Below, piece after piece: positions 21,743 through 32,250 of a stretch of 64,000 nt of DNA. The notes below the pieces were generated by a model, which did no database searches, was not told the DNA's origin, and worked only from the letters and a program-made list of their open reading frames with translations. The DNA lies in NCBI GenBank assembly GCA_042219045.1, contig JBDGQO010000003.1, positions 114,501 through 178,500 on the forward strand, read 5' to 3'. A program made the position numbers and the translations under genes. Every line of letters starts with the position of its first letter. Positions within the stretch are counted from its first letter, which is position 1. Source of the DNA: Candidatus Bipolaricaulia bacterium. Its GTDB lineage: Bacteria; Bipolaricaulota; Bipolaricaulia; RBG-16-55-9.

Positions 21743-24700
21743 ATGGAAGCGACAATGGATGATCTCAAGCCCCTGTTGCAACCGATCGTCGACCAAGCGG
21801 CGCGGCTGCTCGATATCACGGATGCCGGGCTTTACGTCTACGACGCCGAGCGGCACGCGCTGCAATTGGTCGTTGACCACTCCGACGTATACCGCGACGA
21901 CATTACCGGCTTGGAGCTGGCGGTCGGCGAAGGGCTCGCGGGTCAAGCTGTCGAGTCTGGAAAGACGGCAGCCACGCCGGACTATCAGTCGATTGAGCGC
22001 CGGCCGGAGATCTATCGAGACATGCCCTGGCAGTCTGCCATGAGCGTTCCGCTGACCGCCGACGGCGAGATGCTCGGCGCCCTGAGCGTGGCGGATCCCT
22101 CTGGGAACCGGATGTTCACCGAGCGGGACGAGGAGCTCGTCCAGGTCTTTGCCGAACAGGCGGCGTTGACGCTGTCGCACGCCCAGAAGCTGACGCAGGA
22201 GCAGCGCTGGAGTCGGGCTCTCCATCGGCTGAACGAGCTCAGTCAGCAGTGGCTCCAGTCTCACACGGATCGGGATGCGCTTTTGGAGAACGTATTGGAC
22301 GCGGGAGTGGAACTGCTCGCCTGCTACGGCGGAGGGCTGTATCTCTACGACGCCGAGCGAGGGGAGTTGGAGCTGACGGTTCTCCGACAGCACCGCGCCG
22401 AGACCTCGCGACAGGGGCTGCGAATCCAGCTTGGTGAGGGCGTGGCCGGACGGGCCGCCGAGACGGGCCAACCCGAAGCCGTGTCGGATTACGAACGGTG
22501 GCATCGAAGGTCGTCGCAATGGGTCGGCTACGAGATCCGGTCGGTGATCGGCGTGCCCCTGTACGCCGGGGATCGGTTGATCGGCGCGATGAGCATCTAC
22601 GATCGGGAGCCGCACGATTTCGACGCGGACGACGTCAAGATCGCCGAAGTCCTGGGCGAGCAGGCTGCCATCGCCATCCAGCGAGCCAGCATGGCCGACT
22701 TGAACCGTCGGCTCCAGGAGATCGCCGCACAGATGCTGCGGACGACGGAACAATCGGGGCTCGACGACGTCCTGGAGAGCGTGACGCAGGCTCTGGTCGA
22801 CTACTCGCCCTTCCGCGTGGCCGCGACCTCCGTCTTCGCCCAGACGACGCCGCTCGATCATCCCGAACCTCCGGACGTCTGGAACGTCCATGTCGTCGGC
22901 CTGTCCCCGGATCAAGAAGCCGAATTGCGTCGCCATACCGAACGGGGCGAAGTCATCGCCAACCGCCAGATCCTCGAACGGGGACAAGTCGTGGGCCAGG
23001 GCTATTACGTGTCGCCACAGGCCCTGCCCGAAGCGGCCTCGGCCGGGGTGCCTGTCGGCGATGCGCCCGATGCGGACGCAGCCGGATCGACGTGGGGCCC
23101 GTACGACACGTTCGTCTATTTCGTCATGCTGGGTGGGCGAGCCATTGGCCGCATCACGCTGAGCGATCCCGTCCACGGCCTCATTCCGTCCCGTGCCGAA
23201 CTGGAGCCGGTGGAGAGCTTCGTCAAGACGGCCGCGGTCGCCGTGCAGCAGGCCCGCTATCAAACCCGCCTCCGGGTGCTGTATCGCATCACGCGAGAGC
23301 TGGGGGCCAAGGCCTCAACCGCCGGGCTCTACGACGACTTGCTCGGGCTGACCCAAGAGCTCATTCGCTACGACTACGCGGCCATCTTGCGACTTGAGCC
23401 GGAGGGGTTGGCGTTGAAGGCCCAGGCCGGACACGTGTCATGTCCGTATTCGGTCGGCACGAGCATTCCGATCCAGGAGGGCGTCACGGGTTGGGTGGCT
23501 CGGCACGGCAGCTCACAACTCCTGGCGGATGTCAACGAGGACGATCGTTTCATCCAAGGGTCTGTCCAGATGGGGTCGGAACTGGCTGTGCCCATCCAGA
23601 CGGGCGATGTCATCCTCGGCGTGCTCAACCTCGAGAGTCGGCGAACTCAGGCATTTGACGAGGAGGATCGCGAGCTATTGGAGACCCTGGCCGATCAATT
23701 GGCCGTGGCGATCAGCAACCTGGAGCGTCGCGAACGACTGCAGGCGTTTCAAACCCGGCTGCACAGCATCTATGGCCTCACAGAACGCCTCTCGCGGATT
23801 GAGGATCTCGACGATCTCTATGCGCAAGCCGTGGGCCTCATCCACGACAACTTTCGCTACGACTATGTCGTGCTGTTGACGCTGGAGGGCGACCGGCTTG
23901 TGCCCCGCGGCCTCCGCTCCAAGCTCCCCGAAGCCGAGCTGATCGACGAGAACTTCCGCCAGCTCGCCCCGGATCGGGGCCTCACGGGTTGGGCCGCTCG
24001 CCATCGTCAAGCCGTGCTGGTCAACGACATCGCTCATTCCGAGCACTATATCCCCGGACATCCGGACATCCAGGCCGAGCTGGCCGTGCCGATCGTGGAG
24101 TCGGGTCAGGTTCTTGGCGTGCTCAACATCGAAAGCACGCAAACAGACGCGTTTTCCCGGGACGATCGACAGCTCTTGGAGGCGCTGGCGCGCCAGCTCG
24201 GCGTCGCCATGCGCAGCCTCCAACGCCGCACCCGCGTGGAGGAGCTCAACGACTTCCTGCGCGAGTTGAACGAGATCGAAGGCGTCAACGCGCTCCTGGA
24301 ACGCGTGCTGAAGCGCGTCATCTCGCTCTTGCAGCCGAAGGCCGAGGGCGGCAGCGTCATGTTCTACGACGAAAGCAGCGACCAGTTCGTCTTCCGCGCC
24401 ATGGTTGGCCGGGACATCGAGCAGCTCCGCGACATCACCTTCCGACCGAGCGAATTGGATGCGCTGCTCAACGCCGATGGTCCCACGTTCCTGACGGCGT
24501 CGGATCAACGGACGCATCCGGCGACCGAGCAGTTCCGGGCCGAAGGGGCCACGCTCCCAGCGTCGACGCTCTCGCTGCCGATTCGGGAGCGCGAATCGGG
24601 GCAGGCCATCGCCATTTTGCACGTCAACAACTTCCACGAGGAAGGGATTTTCGACGATTCGGACGCCGACGTGCTGCTCCAGCTGTCCGAGGAGATCACC

Positions 24701-25288
24701 GCGGCGCTCTTGCGCGCCCGCGACCGGGAGCAACTCCGCGAGCTGGCCACCCGCGACGCGCTGACGGGGGCGTACAATCGGCACTACCTGAACGAGTTTC
24801 TGCAACACGAGCGCGAGCGCTCGGAGCGCTATGCCCATCCCTTGTCGTTGGTGATGGTCGACATCAACGGCTTCTACGAGGTCAACGATCGCTACGGCCA
24901 CGCCGAAGGCGATCGCGTCCTGCGCGAGCTGGCCCAGCTGTTGATCCACAACGTTCGGCTCCCCGATCGGGTCGTCCGCTACGGCGGCGACGAGTTCGTC
25001 ATCGTCATGCCCGAAACCCAGGAGGACGATGCCCGTGAGGCCATGGCACGGATCGAGCAGCTCGTTGATGCATGGGATCCCGGCCTCGAGGAGGTGACGA
25101 TCGGCTTCAGCTTCGGTATCGCCAGCTGGACGCCGGACAGCCTCAAGCAGCCGGAGGAGATCTTGAACGAGGCGGACGCGTTCATGTACCGTCGGCGGTC
25201 GGGCGTTCAGCAACGTCGGGCGCACAAACGCGAGATCTCGCAAGCCCAAGCATACGATGATTCCGACAACTTCACCGGCCCAGCCTAA
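21743..25288 (+). CDS. Multi-GAF diguanylate cyclase
   Basis: About six tandem GAF-like repeats (GEGxAG, SELAVPI, GVLNxES...AF..D); C-terminal DALTG..NR, RxxD I-site and GGDEF. Confidence 0.93.
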   Translation: MEATMDDLKPLLQPIVDQAARLLDITDAGLYVYDAERHALQLVVDHSDVYRDDITGLELAVGEGLAGQAVESGKTAATPDYQSIERRPEIYRDMPWQSAMSVPLTADGEMLGALSVADPSGNRMFTERDEELVQVFAEQAALTLSHAQKLTQEQRWSRALHRLNELSQQWLQSHTDRDALLENVLDAGVELLACYGGGLYLYDAERGELELTVLRQHRAETSRQGLRIQLGEGVAGRAAETGQPEAVSDYERWHRRSSQWVGYEIRSVIGVPLYAGDRLIGAMSIYDREPHDFDADDVKIAEVLGEQAAIAIQRASMADLNRRLQEIAAQMLRTTEQSGLDDVLESVTQALVDYSPFRVAATSVFAQTTPLDHPEPPDVWNVHVVGLSPDQEAELRRHTERGEVIANRQILERGQVVGQGYYVSPQALPEAASAGVPVGDAPDADAAGSTWGPYDTFVYFVMLGGRAIGRITLSDPVHGLIPSRAELEPVESFVKTAAVAVQQARYQTRLRVLYRITRELGAKASTAGLYDDLLGLTQELIRYDYAAILRLEPEGLALKAQAGHVSCPYSVGTSIPIQEGVTGWVARHGSSQLLADVNEDDRFIQGSVQMGSELAVPIQTGDVILGVLNLESRRTQAFDEEDRELLETLADQLAVAISNLERRERLQAFQTRLHSIYGLTERLSRIEDLDDLYAQAVGLIHDNFRYDYVVLLTLEGDRLVPRGLRSKLPEAELIDENFRQLAPDRGLTGWAARHRQAVLVNDIAHSEHYIPGHPDIQAELAVPIVESGQVLGVLNIESTQTDAFSRDDRQLLEALARQLGVAMRSLQRRTRVEELNDFLRELNEIEGVNALLERVLKRVISLLQPKAEGGSVMFYDESSDQFVFRAMVGRDIEQLRDITFRPSELDALLNADGPTFLTASDQRTHPATEQFRAEGATLPASTLSLPIRERESGQAIAILHVNNFHEEGIFDDSDADVLLQLSEEITAALLRARDREQLRELATRDALTGAYNRHYLNEFLQHERERSERYAHPLSLVMVDINGFYEVNDRYGHAEGDRVLRELAQLLIHNVRLPDRVVRYGGDEFVIVMPETQEDDAREAMARIEQLVDAWDPGLEEVTIGFSFGIASWTPDSLKQPEEILNEADAFMYRRRSGVQQRRAHKREISQAQAYDDSDNFTGPA

Positions 25289-25302
25289 CCGCGACGGTTG
25301 CC

Positions 25303-26169
25303 ATGGGCGTTGAGATCCGCCCGCTCCAGACGCTTGAGGACTTACACGCCTGCGAGGCCCTGCAACAGCGAATCTGGGGCTTCAACGATCGCAGCGTCGT
25401 GCCGCACCACCTGCTGCGGACGTCGATCGACAACGGCGGTTTGCTCCTCGGCGCCCTCGATGGCGACGACGCCGTCGGCTTCGTCTTCAGCTTCCCCGGC
25501 TACGATGATGTCGCCGACCGTTGGAAACACTGCTCGCTCATGTGCGGGGTCCTGCCCGAGCGCCAGTATGAGGGCCTCGGCTTCCGCCTCAAGCAGGCCC
25601 AATGCGACGCCGTTCGGGCACAAGGCCTGGAGCTGATCACCTGGACGTTCGACCCGCTGCAGAGCCTGAACGCTTATTTCAACCTGGGCAAGTTGGGCGC
25701 GATCGCCCGCCGCTACGAGCGCAACATCTACGGCGACATCCGCGACCATATCAATCAAGGGCTCAAAACGGATCGGTTCACGGCCGAGTGGTGGCTTGGG
25801 AGCCCGCGCGTCACGACGAGCTTGGAACGCCCGTCTGCCCCCACGATGGATCCGCCCGCCGAAGGCCAGTGCGTCAATCGCGTGGAATGGACGGACCCCG
25901 GGTATCCGGCCAACGCGGAGATCGTGCTCGATCTCGACGACGATCCTCTCTGGGTTGAGATCCCCTCGGCCGTCAACGCCATCAAACGGGACGATCTGGC
26001 GCTGGCCCAGCGCTGGCGCTCCGAGACCCGTGAGATGTTCGAGTACGCGTTCCAACGGGGCTTCATCGCGGAGTCATGCGTGACCACCGCACTCCATGGC
26101 CGACCCCGGAGCTGGTATCGCTTGACCCGAACGTCGCCGGAAGCACTGCTGGATCGCCCGCGCAGCTGA
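25303..26169 (+). CDS. GNAT-family acyltransferase (NSAR-associated, putative D-amino-acid N-succinyltransferase)
   Basis: GLGFRLK.AQ, WTFDPLQS.NAYFN..KLG, TDRF.AEW; adjacent to menC/NSAR. Confidence 0.8.
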   Translation: MGVEIRPLQTLEDLHACEALQQRIWGFNDRSVVPHHLLRTSIDNGGLLLGALDGDDAVGFVFSFPGYDDVADRWKHCSLMCGVLPERQYEGLGFRLKQAQCDAVRAQGLELITWTFDPLQSLNAYFNLGKLGAIARRYERNIYGDIRDHINQGLKTDRFTAEWWLGSPRVTTSLERPSAPTMDPPAEGQCVNRVEWTDPGYPANAEIVLDLDDDPLWVEIPSAVNAIKRDDLALAQRWRSETREMFEYAFQRGFIAESCVTTALHGRPRSWYRLTRTSPEALLDRPRS

Positions 26170-26216
26170 CAGGCGTTTGTTCCCGTTCCGACCCCATCGC
26201 CTACAATGAAGCCACT

Positions 26217-27326
26217 GTGAGAATCGAGCGCGTCGAACTGCGCCATATCGAGATGCCGCTCGTCAGTCCCTTCGAGACGAGCTTTGGCCGGGAACTGAAT
26301 CGCCAAGCGATCCTGACGAGCGTCGAGTCCGAAGGAGCGATCGGATGGGGCGAGTGCGTGGCGAGTGCGTCGCCGGGCTATTCCTACGAGACCGTCCAAA
26401 CGGCCTGGCACGTGCTGCGTGACTTCCTCGTTCCCCAGCTCCTGAGCCATCCCTTGGACCAGCCCTCGGACGGCCCTGACCGCTGGGCGGCCGTGCGCGG
26501 CCATCCGATGGCGAAGGCCAGCCTGGAAGCGGCCGTCTGGGACGCCTACGCCCGGCTTCACGGCGTGTCGCTCAAGGAAACACTTGGCGGCGAGGCGAGC
26601 CGAATTCCGAGCGGCATCAGCCTCGGCATTCAGCCGTCGGTGGACGCGCTGCTTGATCGGATTGACGAGGCAATCCAGGCCAACTATCGCCGTGTTAAGC
26701 TGAAGATCAAGCCGGGGTGGGACGTTGAGATGCTGGAGCGCGTCCGACAGCGCTTTCCGGAACTCGATCTGATGGTCGATGCCAATGCCGCCTATGCCTC
26801 GACCGATCAACAACGGCTCCGGGCGCTCGATGCGTTCGGCCTCATGATGATCGAGCAGCCCTACGCCGAGGACGACCTCGTGGAGCACAGCCGACTCCAG
26901 GACGTCGTGTCCACGCCGATCTGCCTTGACGAAAGCTTGTCGAGCCCCCACGGCGTTCAGCAGGCGCTCGAGTTGGACAGCTGCCGGATCGTCAACGTCA
27001 AGCCGGGGCGGGTCGGGGGGCTCACGAACGCGCGCCGCATCCACGACCTTTGCCACGAGCGAGGCGTTCCCGTCTGGTGCGGCGGCATGCTCGAGACGGG
27101 CATCGGGCGGGCGCACAACGTCGCGCTGGCATCGCTGCCCGGCTTCACGTTGCCGCATGACCTCTCCGCCAGCGAGCGCTATTATGATCGGGATGTGATT
27201 GAGCCGCCGTTCGAGCTGAACGCCGATGGCACGTTGAGCGTTCCGGAAGGACCCGGCATCGGCGTTGAAGTCCAACGGGATCGGATCGACGAGGCGACGC
27301 GGGAGCGAGCCGTCTTCCAACCATGA
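26217..27326 (+). CDS. menC: o-succinylbenzoate synthase / N-succinylamino acid racemase (enolase superfamily)
   Basis: PFETSFG, KLKIKPG, VDAN, IEQP, CLDES, WCGGMLE. Confidence 0.9.
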   Translation: MRIERVELRHIEMPLVSPFETSFGRELNRQAILTSVESEGAIGWGECVASASPGYSYETVQTAWHVLRDFLVPQLLSHPLDQPSDGPDRWAAVRGHPMAKASLEAAVWDAYARLHGVSLKETLGGEASRIPSGISLGIQPSVDALLDRIDEAIQANYRRVKLKIKPGWDVEMLERVRQRFPELDLMVDANAAYASTDQQRLRALDAFGLMMIEQPYAEDDLVEHSRLQDVVSTPICLDESLSSPHGVQQALELDSCRIVNVKPGRVGGLTNARRIHDLCHERGVPVWCGGMLETGIGRAHNVALASLPGFTLPHDLSASERYYDRDVIEPPFELNADGTLSVPEGPGIGVEVQRDRIDEATRERAVFQP

Positions 27327-28075
27327 GCCGCGTCCAGAAGACCGTCGGCACTGTCCTCCGCGTGGTCGACTACAGCGACACTGACCAGATCGTGTCGGTT
27401 TTGACCCCGGATCGCGGGAAACTCTCGTTCATGGCGAAGGGCGCGCGGAAGTCGACCAAGCGGTTCGGCGGGGCGCTCGACCTGCTGACTCGGAGCGAGT
27501 TCGTCTACTACGATCGCTCGGGGCTGAAGGCGCTCAACCAGGCGACGCTCGTCGATGCCCATACGGCGCTACAGTCCGACTATGACCGGCTGACGACGGC
27601 GCTGCGCTGCGCCCGCACGGTCCATCGTCTGCTCGAGGAGGACCAAGAGGCCCTGGACGTCTTTGAGCTCTTTGAACGCCTCTTGGCAGCCCTGGCCGAT
27701 GAGGCCAATACCGAGGCCTTGCCCGTCTACGAGCTGGCCTTCAAGCTGAAGCTCATGCTGCGCCTCGGCTGGGCACCCATCCTCGACGTCTGTGCAAGCT
27801 GCGGTGCCGAACCGAAGACGCGCCGGTTTTCCATGGCAATGGGCGGCGTGCTCTGCGAGGCCTGCCATAGCGGAGACGACGCCAACGACATTTCCCTCTC
27901 AGCTGGCGCGGCGCGCAGCCTTCACATGGCGCTCAAGCTCCCCTTCAACAAGCTCTCACGCCTGAAGCTTCCCAAGGGCGTCGTCGACACGGGCACGCGG
28001 CTCGTCGACGGCTTCATTGCGCATCACTTGCGGCCGCTGGCGACGCAGCGTCCCAAGGGGGCCCAGCGCCGCTAG
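27323..28075 (+). CDS. recO: DNA repair protein RecO
   Basis: VLR..DYSDTD.IV, AKGARKS, CxxC...CxxC zinc finger. Confidence 0.93.
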   Translation: MSRVQKTVGTVLRVVDYSDTDQIVSVLTPDRGKLSFMAKGARKSTKRFGGALDLLTRSEFVYYDRSGLKALNQATLVDAHTALQSDYDRLTTALRCARTVHRLLEEDQEALDVFELFERLLAALADEANTEALPVYELAFKLKLMLRLGWAPILDVCASCGAEPKTRRFSMAMGGVLCEACHSGDDANDISLSAGAARSLHMALKLPFNKLSRLKLPKGVVDTGTRLVDGFIAHHLRPLATQRPKGAQRR

Positions 28076-29214
28076 CGTTGGGTCGGAGCCAGCTGACGTC
28101 GCAGCGCCTGGCGGAGATGCGCTAAGTGGATTGGCGATGGAGATTGGAATTCCGGAAAGAGCGGAAGCTGGCGCGACTGTGCGTCGGAGAGGTTGCCCAC
28201 GCCGACGCCGAGCAGCCGGAAGCCCTGTGAGCGTTGCTCAACTCGGTGCTGGAACAGCAGTCGAGCGGCCTCGCCGATCACGTCGACGTCGTCGATCGGC
28301 TCGCCCAGCGTGACGCTGCGCGTGATCGTCGTGAAGTCGGCGTAGCGCGCCTTGATCTGGACCGTGCGTGCACGGCGGCCTTCCGCGTGGAGATCAGCCG
28401 CCACCTCCTCGGCCAGCTCGTCGAGGGCCCTCAACAGATCGTCAGTTTCACGGCGATCCTCGGCGAAGGTCGTCTCGCGGCTGAGCTGCTTCGGGTCATG
28501 GTCCGGATTGACGGGCCGCTCGTCGATGCCGCGGGCCCGCTGATAGAGCTCGCCGCCCCACTTGCCGAACGCCTCGGTCAGCCGTGGGAGGGACAGCTCG
28601 CGCAGCGCGGCGACCGTCGTCACGCCCATGTCGCCAAGCTTGGCTTGCGTGGCCGTGCCCACCCCGGAGAGCTCGCCCACGGCCATCGGCCCGAGAAAGC
28701 GATCGACATCCTCGGGACGGACGACGACGAAGCCATCGGGTTTGGCATGGTCGGACGCCAGCTTGGCCACGCTCTTGTTCGGCGCGATCCCGACCGAACA
28801 GGTCAGTTGCGTCTCATCGCGGATGCGTCGTTTCAGATCACGGCCGAGCCGTTCCGCCCCCACAAAATCGGACACCGCAGGCGTGAGGTCGAGATAGGCC
28901 TCATCCAGCGAGAGCGGTTCGACCCAGGGCGTGTAGGATCGCATGGCGTCGCGCAGTCGATGGGAGATCTCCCGGTAATGGCCCATGCGCCCGCGGATGA
29001 TTTGCGCATGCGGACAGAGTTTCACGGCCCGAGCCGTGGGCATGGCGCTGCGGATGCCATATTGGCGGGCCTCGTACGATGCCGCCGCCACGACGCCCCG
29101 ATCGGCGGGCTGCCCGCCGACGATGACGGGCTGGCCGCGAAGATCGGGACGATCGCGCTGCTCCACGGACGCGTAGAAGGCGTCCATGTCAACGTGCAAG
29201 ACGATGCGATCCAT
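28072..29214 (-). CDS. dinB: DNA polymerase IV
   Basis: HVDMDAFYASVE, SYEAR, SLDEAYLD, KPDG, clamp motif QLPLF; alternative start 29223. Confidence 0.96.
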   Translation of the reverse strand: MDRIVLHVDMDAFYASVEQRDRPDLRGQPVIVGGQPADRGVVAAASYEARQYGIRSAMPTARAVKLCPHAQIIRGRMGHYREISHRLRDAMRSYTPWVEPLSLDEAYLDLTPAVSDFVGAERLGRDLKRRIRDETQLTCSVGIAPNKSVAKLASDHAKPDGFVVVRPEDVDRFLGPMAVGELSGVGTATQAKLGDMGVTTVAALRELSLPRLTEAFGKWGGELYQRARGIDERPVNPDHDPKQLSRETTFAEDRRETDDLLRALDELAEEVAADLHAEGRRARTVQIKARYADFTTITRSVTLGEPIDDVDVIGEAARLLFQHRVEQRSQGFRLLGVGVGNLSDAQSRQLPLFPEFQSPSPIHLAHLRQALRRQLAPTQR

Positions 29215-29319
29215 CGACGCCATTGTAGCGATGCCGTCACGGACGCACTCGACACGCGCTCAGTGCCGGGCAGACGAACGTCCTTTGGCCGATGGACGAC
29301 GGCGAGCTACGATCGAGCA

Positions 29320-30150
29320 ATGACTTTCCCACTGGACGTCGACACACCCCGTCTTCGACGGACGTTGACGTGGCCACAGGGCATTGACGACACGGCCACG
29401 GCGCTCGGGGAGCGCACGGTCAACCTGCTTGGGGTGCCCGTCCATGCCGTCTCCCACGCGGGGGCCCTCCAGCAGATCGAGCGCTGGATCGCCGCCCCCG
29501 ATCGCCCGCGTCTGGTCATGACGCCGGACTCGACCGCGTTGATGCAAGCCCGATCCACGCATGGCTTGCGGCGGGCCTATGAGCGTGCCGATCTCGTCAC
29601 GGCCGACGGCACCGGCCTCGTGTGGGCCTCGCGCCAACTCGGTTGTCCCCTTCCCGAGCGCGTGACGGGCATCGACCTGCTTTCCGTGCTGTGTGAGCGC
29701 TCCGCCGCCAAGCAGCGTCGCGTCTATCTCTTGGGCGGACGTCCGGGCGTGGCCCTGGAAGCGGCCCAACGCCTCCACCGACGCCATCCCGGCCTGTCGA
29801 TCGTGGGAACCCACCACGGCTATTTCGCAGACGACGAGTCCGAGCGCATTGTGGGCGAGATCAACGGCCTCGAGCCGGATTTGCTCCTGGTGGGTATGGG
29901 GGTGCCTCGCCAGGAGATCTGGATGAGCCGTCACGGCCATCGACTGGCCACGCCCGTGGCGATGGGCGTGGGCGGAAGCTTGGACGTGTTGGCCGGGCGG
30001 GTCCGTCGCGCGCCGGTTGCTTGGCAGAGCCTCGGCCTGGAATGGCTCTGGCGCGCTGTCCAAGAGCCACACCGGGTCTGTCGAGCGCGACTCATTCCGC
30101 AGTTCATGGCCCGAATTCTGTGCGAGCGGGCGCGACTTGCTGTCGATTGA
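29320..30150 (+). CDS. WecG/TagA/CpsF family glycosyltransferase
   Basis: ADGTG, RVTGIDL, HHGYF, VGMGVPRQE, GVGGSLD, GLEWLWR..QEP. Confidence 0.93.
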   Translation: MTFPLDVDTPRLRRTLTWPQGIDDTATALGERTVNLLGVPVHAVSHAGALQQIERWIAAPDRPRLVMTPDSTALMQARSTHGLRRAYERADLVTADGTGLVWASRQLGCPLPERVTGIDLLSVLCERSAAKQRRVYLLGGRPGVALEAAQRLHRRHPGLSIVGTHHGYFADDESERIVGEINGLEPDLLLVGMGVPRQEIWMSRHGHRLATPVAMGVGGSLDVLAGRVRRAPVAWQSLGLEWLWRAVQEPHRVCRARLIPQFMARILCERARLAVD

Positions 30151-30192
30151 TGCCGGGACATCTCCAATGGAGGTTGGTCCCGCGTCAGAGAT

Positions 30193-31968
30193 TCAAAGAT
30201 GGGTGGCGGACATTGAGGGCGAGGCGGCGTCCGTCGGTTCAAGAACGTCCAACAAGCTGAGCTGGACGGTCGTTTCGCCGTTCCACGTATCTCGACTCAG
30301 CTTGAAGACGACGTCGATCCGGGCCTGCTCGACGTTGGCCACATAGGGCCCGTAAGTGAAGCCGATCGCGTCCAGCTCCTGTGAGCCCACGTCCAGTTTC
30401 AGCTTCAGGTGCTTGCCGCCCGAACCCACGGCCCGCGCTCCCACGATCGCCACGTCACGCAACAAGAACCGCGGGGATCGGTTGCCCATTCCGAACGGCC
30501 CGAGCCGGTGCATCTCGTCGTAGAGATCCAACGATATTTCGTCGCCCCCGAGTTCCGCGTCGATCCGCTGGACGGGGTTGGCCAAGTCCGCCAGGGCCTC
30601 GCGGGCGTACTCGCCGAATGCGTCTTGGAACTCGGGAATGCGGTCCGGCTGGATGGAGAAGCCCGCGGCCATGTGGTGGCCGCCGAAGCGCTCGAACAGC
30701 TCGGCATGCTCGGTCAGAGCCTCGATCATGTTGAACTCGCGGATGCTGCGGCATGAGGCCCGCGCGACGTCGTCGCCCTCGGAGATGAGGATCGTCGGCA
30801 GGTGATAGGCCTCCACGAGGTCGGAGGCCACGAGGCCGATAACGCCCGGATTCCAGTCCTCGCCCGCCAGGACGATCGAGCGGTCCTGTTCGAGGTCGAC
30901 GTGGGATTCGAGCAGCGATTCGGTCTGGTCCCGCAGCGCCTCCTGGGCCTTGCGCCGATCCCGGTTGTAGTCGATCAGAACCTCGGCGAGGTAGTCCGCC
31001 CGTTCGGGGTCCTCGGTGGTCAACAACAGAAACGCGACGCGCGGGTCGCCGACGCGATTGGCGGCGTTCAGTTTCGGAATGACGATGTAGCTCAGCTGAC
31101 CGGCAGTCAGGGATGTCATATCCAGGTCGAGCTTGTCGATCAACACGCGGAGTCCGAGCGTGCCGCCCCCTTCGGCCAACAGATTGAGCCCGCTTTGGAC
31201 GAGGGCGCGATTCTCCACGCACGTGCCGCGGACCAGCGGGACCAGATCGCCGACCGTGCCGAGCATGGCCAAGTCGAGATACGGGCGGACCGCGTCGCGG
31301 CCATGGCCCCGGTTCTCGAACAGCGCCGACACGGTCTGGAAGATGACGCCCACGGCCGCCAAGTGGGCATTGGGATAGCGACACTCGGGTTGGCGCGGGT
31401 TGACGATGGCCCGTGCCGGTGGCAATGTCTCCGGCGGCTCGTGGTGATCGGTCACGACGGTGTCGATGCCGTGGTCGCGCAGCGTCTGAATCTCCTCGAC
31501 ATCCGAGATCCCGCAGTCGGTCGTGATCAGCAGGTCGAATTCGTTGGCGATCAGGCGTCGAATGACGTCGGGGCGGAGCCCGTGGCCGCGTTGCCGATCG
31601 CCGAGCTCCACTCGGACCTCGGTCGCGCCCAGTTGCCGGAGCGCGCGGTAGAGGATCGCGGAGCTCGTCAGCCCGTCGACGTCGAAGTCGCCGTGGATGA
31701 AGATGCGCTCATCCCGCTCCAGGGCTTGGTCGAGCCGCTCCAAGGCGTCGTCGATGCCCAGAAAGCCGAACGGCGAGGCGAGCGCGGAGAGGTCGTTGCA
31801 GAGGAGCTCATGCGCCTGGCCTTCGTCGCACCGGGAGGCCAACACGCGGGCCAGAGGTCGAGACAGGCCCAATGATTCAGCCAAGTACGCCACCCGATCG
31901 TCCGACACCGGCTCGAAGGTCCAGTGGGTGCCCGAACAGACAAGCGATCGGGTGGAGATCGGTCTCAT
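30193..31968 (-). CDS. recJ: ssDNA-specific exonuclease RecJ
   Basis: GDFDVDG, TDCG, TDHH, NAANR, GGHHMAAG, PFGMGN. Confidence 0.95.
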   Translation of the reverse strand: MRPISTRSLVCSGTHWTFEPVSDDRVAYLAESLGLSRPLARVLASRCDEGQAHELLCNDLSALASPFGFLGIDDALERLDQALERDERIFIHGDFDVDGLTSSAILYRALRQLGATEVRVELGDRQRGHGLRPDVIRRLIANEFDLLITTDCGISDVEEIQTLRDHGIDTVVTDHHEPPETLPPARAIVNPRQPECRYPNAHLAAVGVIFQTVSALFENRGHGRDAVRPYLDLAMLGTVGDLVPLVRGTCVENRALVQSGLNLLAEGGGTLGLRVLIDKLDLDMTSLTAGQLSYIVIPKLNAANRVGDPRVAFLLLTTEDPERADYLAEVLIDYNRDRRKAQEALRDQTESLLESHVDLEQDRSIVLAGEDWNPGVIGLVASDLVEAYHLPTILISEGDDVARASCRSIREFNMIEALTEHAELFERFGGHHMAAGFSIQPDRIPEFQDAFGEYAREALADLANPVQRIDAELGGDEISLDLYDEMHRLGPFGMGNRSPRFLLRDVAIVGARAVGSGGKHLKLKLDVGSQELDAIGFTYGPYVANVEQARIDVVFKLSRDTWNGETTVQLSLLDVLEPTDAASPSMSATHL

Positions 31969-31986
31969 GTCCTCACAGAAAGCAGG

Positions 31987-32250
31987 TTAAGACAGTGCGT
32001 TGAGGCGCCGCATCAGACGGGACTTGATACGGGCCGCCTTGTTGGGGTGAATGACGTTGCGCTGGGCGGCCTTGTCCGCAGCCTTGACGACCTCGGGGAT
32101 CGCCGCCTGAGCCTCGGACTTGTCCCCAGCGGCTTCGGCCTTTCGGAAGCGCTTCACAGCCCGACGGAGGGTCGTTCGCCGCATATCGTTGCGCTCGCGG
32201 CGCTTGGCGTTCTGACGGTCCCGCTTCTTCGCCGACTTCAAATTCGGAAT
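31987..32250 (-). CDS. rpsT: 30S ribosomal protein S20 (probable ATT start)
   Basis: xPNLKSAKKR...DKAA...IHPNKAARIKSRL; 87 aa from ATT; SD GAGGTG 7 nt upstream. Confidence 0.95.
   Translation of the reverse strand: MPNLKSAKKRDRQNAKRRERNDMRRTTLRRAVKRFRKAEAAGDKSEAQAAIPEVVKAADKAAQRNVIHPNKAARIKSRLMRRLNALS

Noticed and set aside
21743..25288. Phytochrome/cyanobacteriochrome role for the GAF array
   Set aside because: No PASDIP/DxCF or CH bilin-attachment motifs recognised
29215..29319. LexA/SOS box at the dinB-wecG divergent promoter
   Set aside because: Only a half-site (CGAAC) without the matching GTTC arm
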